Source: an uncultured Anaerolineales bacterium (GTDB lineage: Bacteria; Chloroflexota; Anaerolineae; Anaerolineales; UBA11858). From it: a stretch of 64,000 bases of DNA. Every line of letters begins with the position of its first letter. Position 1 is the stretch's first letter. The notes under the pieces are model-generated. The model saw only the letters and a program-made list of their open reading frames with translations, was not told the origin of the DNA and did not search any database. Positions 61,931 to 64,000 of this stretch are shown here, one piece after another. The translations under genes and the position numbers were made by a program. The DNA lies in NCBI GenBank assembly GCA_964438295.1, contig CAYTKR010000005.1, positions 11,228 to 75,227 on the forward strand, written 5' to 3'.

Positions 61931-62710
61931 CTATTTTCTCAACACCGCGCCATAAACCCCCAACCCGATCCCTACCAGAAGGATCAACGCACCAATGATG
62001 CCCAACATAGGCGACCGACCGGTCCCTACGGGCGCAGGGGCTTCGGCAATGGTTTCCGAATTTGGCTGAGCGCCAAAATCAAGATAGGTTTCATCGCCTC
62101 CATTGAGCATGATGCTGGCGCTAAAGGCGGTGGTGGGGTTATAGCCGTCAGGAATACCTACAGTGATGTTGTATTCTCCCTCCTCCAAATCTTCAACACA
62201 GAAATGATCCAGTCCCCCTAGCGTGTCCTCAGTGGTCGAATATGACCCATCAGCATTGCCGATGCTTATCGCGCCACCCGGGATAGAGGGCTCTTCTTCT
62301 TGCCGGATCGCATCGCCGTTGGCGTCGTCGTAGAGGATCACACAAAGAGTGCCATAACCGATTTCCGGCGTGGGCGTAGGGCCTGATGGCATGGGTGTGA
62401 CGGTTGGTTGTGCATCAGGAACAGGTGTGGCAGGTCCACCCAGGCCGAGGAAGATCTCATCCCCTGGAGCGATGACATCATCAGGAGTGAGGTCATTCAA
62501 GGCGCGCAACTGATCGATGGAGATATCAGCCAAAGCGGCAATCCGCCAGAGGGTATCGCCTGGTTGAACAATGTAGATAATGCGCCCATCCGGGCCGGGT
62601 GTAGGTGTTGGTACTGGCGTCGTCTGTGGCGCGGGTGCTGCGAGTGCGGGGAGCGCAATGCCAAATAATATCAGGCAGATAGATAAGCTAAGCAAAATGC
62701 GTGATCTCAT
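61931..62710 (-). CDS. Secreted LysM-domain protein with a C-terminal TM anchor
   Basis: Signal peptide, LysM YIVQPGDTLWRIAALADISIDQLRALNDL...GDEIFLG, and the C-terminus MLGIIGALILLVGIGLGVYGAVLRK. The start is taken as the ATG at 62710. Confidence 0.75.
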   Translation of the reverse strand: MRSRILLSLSICLILFGIALPALAAPAPQTTPVPTPTPGPDGRIIYIVQPGDTLWRIAALADISIDQLRALNDLTPDDVIAPGDEIFLGLGGPATPVPDAQPTVTPMPSGPTPTPEIGYGTLCVILYDDANGDAIRQEEEPSIPGGAISIGNADGSYSTTEDTLGGLDHFCVEDLEEGEYNITVGIPDGYNPTTAFSASIMLNGGDETYLDFGAQPNSETIAEAPAPVGTGRSPMLGIIGALILLVGIGLGVYGAVLRK

Positions 62711-62798
62711 GTTGAAATTATACAAGAATCGATTGGCGCGCATAATAGGACTATAGTACCCCCTCTCGGTCATAAAAAACAAAGGAAGTTCAAATTAG

Positions 62799-62875
62799 GC
62801 TGTGACCGGTCTGGCCATCGGCCAGCCTACGGCGCGACCGAGGCATTCCGGCACGGTCTGGAGACCGGCCCAAGC
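62799..62875. repeat. Intergenic repeat sharing its termini with the 10183-10239 element
   Basis: GCTGTGACCGGTCT...GGTCTggAGACCGGCCCAAGC. Confidence 0.6.
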
Positions 62876-62899
62876 ACGAAAGACAACCTAGAAATCTTT

Positions 62900-64000
62900 T
62901 TATTTGACGGCTTGGCGCACGCGTTGTAAGGCCAGAATTGCGAGAAGATTAAAGAAAATTGCCGCCGCAGCGCTGGCCCCAATGCCCCAATTATAGAGCC
63001 AGGGTCCGACCAATGCTCCGATGGCGCGCCCCAGCGATAAACCAGCAACGTTAAAGGCCATGAGCGTAGCTCGTGCATCAGGCATGATCTCAGTCATCAT
63101 TGGGATGCTGCTGACCAGCCAGAATTCAAAGGTGAAGAAAAAAATGAATAATCCAATCACAGCTCCAATGGAAGATTTCCCGATGAACGGAAATATCAGT
63201 GCGGCAAAGCAATTAGCGACTAAGCCCGCGCCAACCGCACGCTCTTTTCCAATTCGATCTACAAATCCCCCCACTAAAGTTTCCCCAGCCAACTCCGCCA
63301 GTCCGATCACTGCCGCTGCTCCTCCCAAGGCAATGATCATCAATCCAAAAGAGTCTTCCATCCAAACTCCAAAAATTAGGTTGATGACTTCGTTGGCAGT
63401 TGATCCAAGCATCCCAATCGATAACCCAGCTAAGGCGGGTGGGAAGCTTAGTATCTTTCGAACCTTGGAAAATTGATTATTGTGCCCCTCATCGGAGACA
63501 GTATCACGCGGAACAACAAAGAACAGCACAAACCAAATCCCGATCCCTAGCAAAGCAAGGATGGCAAAAGGTGACATCCATCCTTTGCGGGCGATCAATA
63601 TACTCATCAAAGGGATGCCAATAAAGAAGCTCAAAGACCAGCCCAGTTCGGTAATAGAAAGTGCCAAGCCGCGCCGCTGGTAGGGGATGCGATCTCCCAG
63701 AAAAGCCTGCATGGAAGGGTCAAAACCATATTTCCCCAGGGTGGTGAAAATCAGCATGAGGACGAAAGTCGGGAAAGATGGCCGCACGACCATGATGATC
63801 GCACCAGTGGCAAACATTCCCACCCCAAAGAGCATACCGATTTTTCGTCCACGCCGGTTGGCAAACGAGGCCAGAAACGGCCCTAGCATTCCAACTAAGG
63901 ACCGGTTGGTTAGCGCCAGGGATAGGGTGGCGATATCGACCCCCAGGCCGCGGCTGAACACCGGCAAGAAGGGATACACCATGCGGAACAATGTGTTGAA
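62900..64000 (-). CDS. MFS transporter; the N-terminus lies outside the window
   Basis: About 11 TM helices. The frame stays open upstream of the track's TTG start, up to the window edge. Confidence 0.75.
   Translation of the reverse strand, partial: FNTLFRMVYPFLPVFSRGLGVDIATLSLALTNRSLVGMLGPFLASFANRRGRKIGMLFGVGMFATGAIIMVVRPSFPTFVLMLIFTTLGKYGFDPSMQAFLGDRIPYQRRGLALSITELGWSLSFFIGIPLMSILIARKGWMSPFAILALLGIGIWFVLFFVVPRDTVSDEGHNNQFSKVRKILSFPPALAGLSIGMLGSTANEVINLIFGVWMEDSFGLMIIALGGAAAVIGLAELAGETLVGGFVDRIGKERAVGAGLVANCFAALIFPFIGKSSIGAVIGLFIFFFTFEFWLVSSIPMMTEIMPDARATLMAFNVAGLSLGRAIGALVGPWLYNWGIGASAAAAIFFNLLAILALQRVRQAVK

Noticed and set aside
63021-63476. 151-aa plus-strand ORF
   Set aside because: It is antisense to the MFS transporter gene.
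1-64000. CRISPR arrays, tRNA/rRNA genes, IS elements, integrases and prophage genes
   Set aside because: No regularly spaced direct repeats, cloverleaf-like sequences, transposase/integrase motifs or phage structural genes were seen on either strand. The short tandem repeats that are present (43921-44040, 47558-47595, 4618-4755) are in-frame coding repeats.

Overview
This 64-kb chromosomal window contains about 57 protein-coding genes. I found no rRNA, tRNA, CRISPR array, transposase or integrase by eye. The gene content includes FtsK, RNase Z, a UPF0173 hydrolase, GalE, many lipoproteins with an L-A-C lipobox, Pro/Thr-rich linkers and several dispersed hairpin-repeat families. This fits an environmental monoderm bacterium such as Chloroflexota/Anaerolineae, but that is inference only. 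From 1 to 20 kb there are housekeeping genes and small operons. These include split TfoX_C and TfoX_N genes flanking a translationally coupled DUF1848-nitroreductase pair. There is also a five-gene TetR / DUF385 reductase / ICMT-like methyltransferase / ABC-2 exporter operon with a palindrome abutting the TetR start codon, and a membrane-protein plus HTH_34 regulator pair. From 20.6 to 26.8 kb lies a visibly lower-GC, LacI-type alpha-glucan uptake and GH13 operon, preceded by a perfect 33-bp palindrome. From 26.8 to 38.3 kb there are two tandem S33 (TAP-like) peptidases and a second, duplicated membrane-protein/HTH_34 module. The same stretch holds a C39-like peptidase/TPR protein, a zinc-ribbon gene plus an sbcD with no sbcC, and a large PD40 beta-propeller lipoprotein. 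The most unusual part is 38.5-57.9 kb on the minus strand. A 1226-aa SARP(BTAD)-ATPase-TPR regulator carries an extra C-terminal HTH. It is followed by a small ORF and a tightly packed series of secreted proteins and lipoproteins. Four of these carry divergent HExxH zincin motifs, and several share unannotated modules. One combines a NIDO-like domain, a zincin domain and a beta-helix. A 3' remnant of a paralog marks a rearrangement. I do not recognise this cluster as any described system, and I flag it as the best candidate for new biology. From 58 to 64 kb there are MscS, GT2, thioesterase, cupin, GalE, a LysM protein and a partial MFS transporter. All domain calls are from motif recognition by eye, and no database searches were run.
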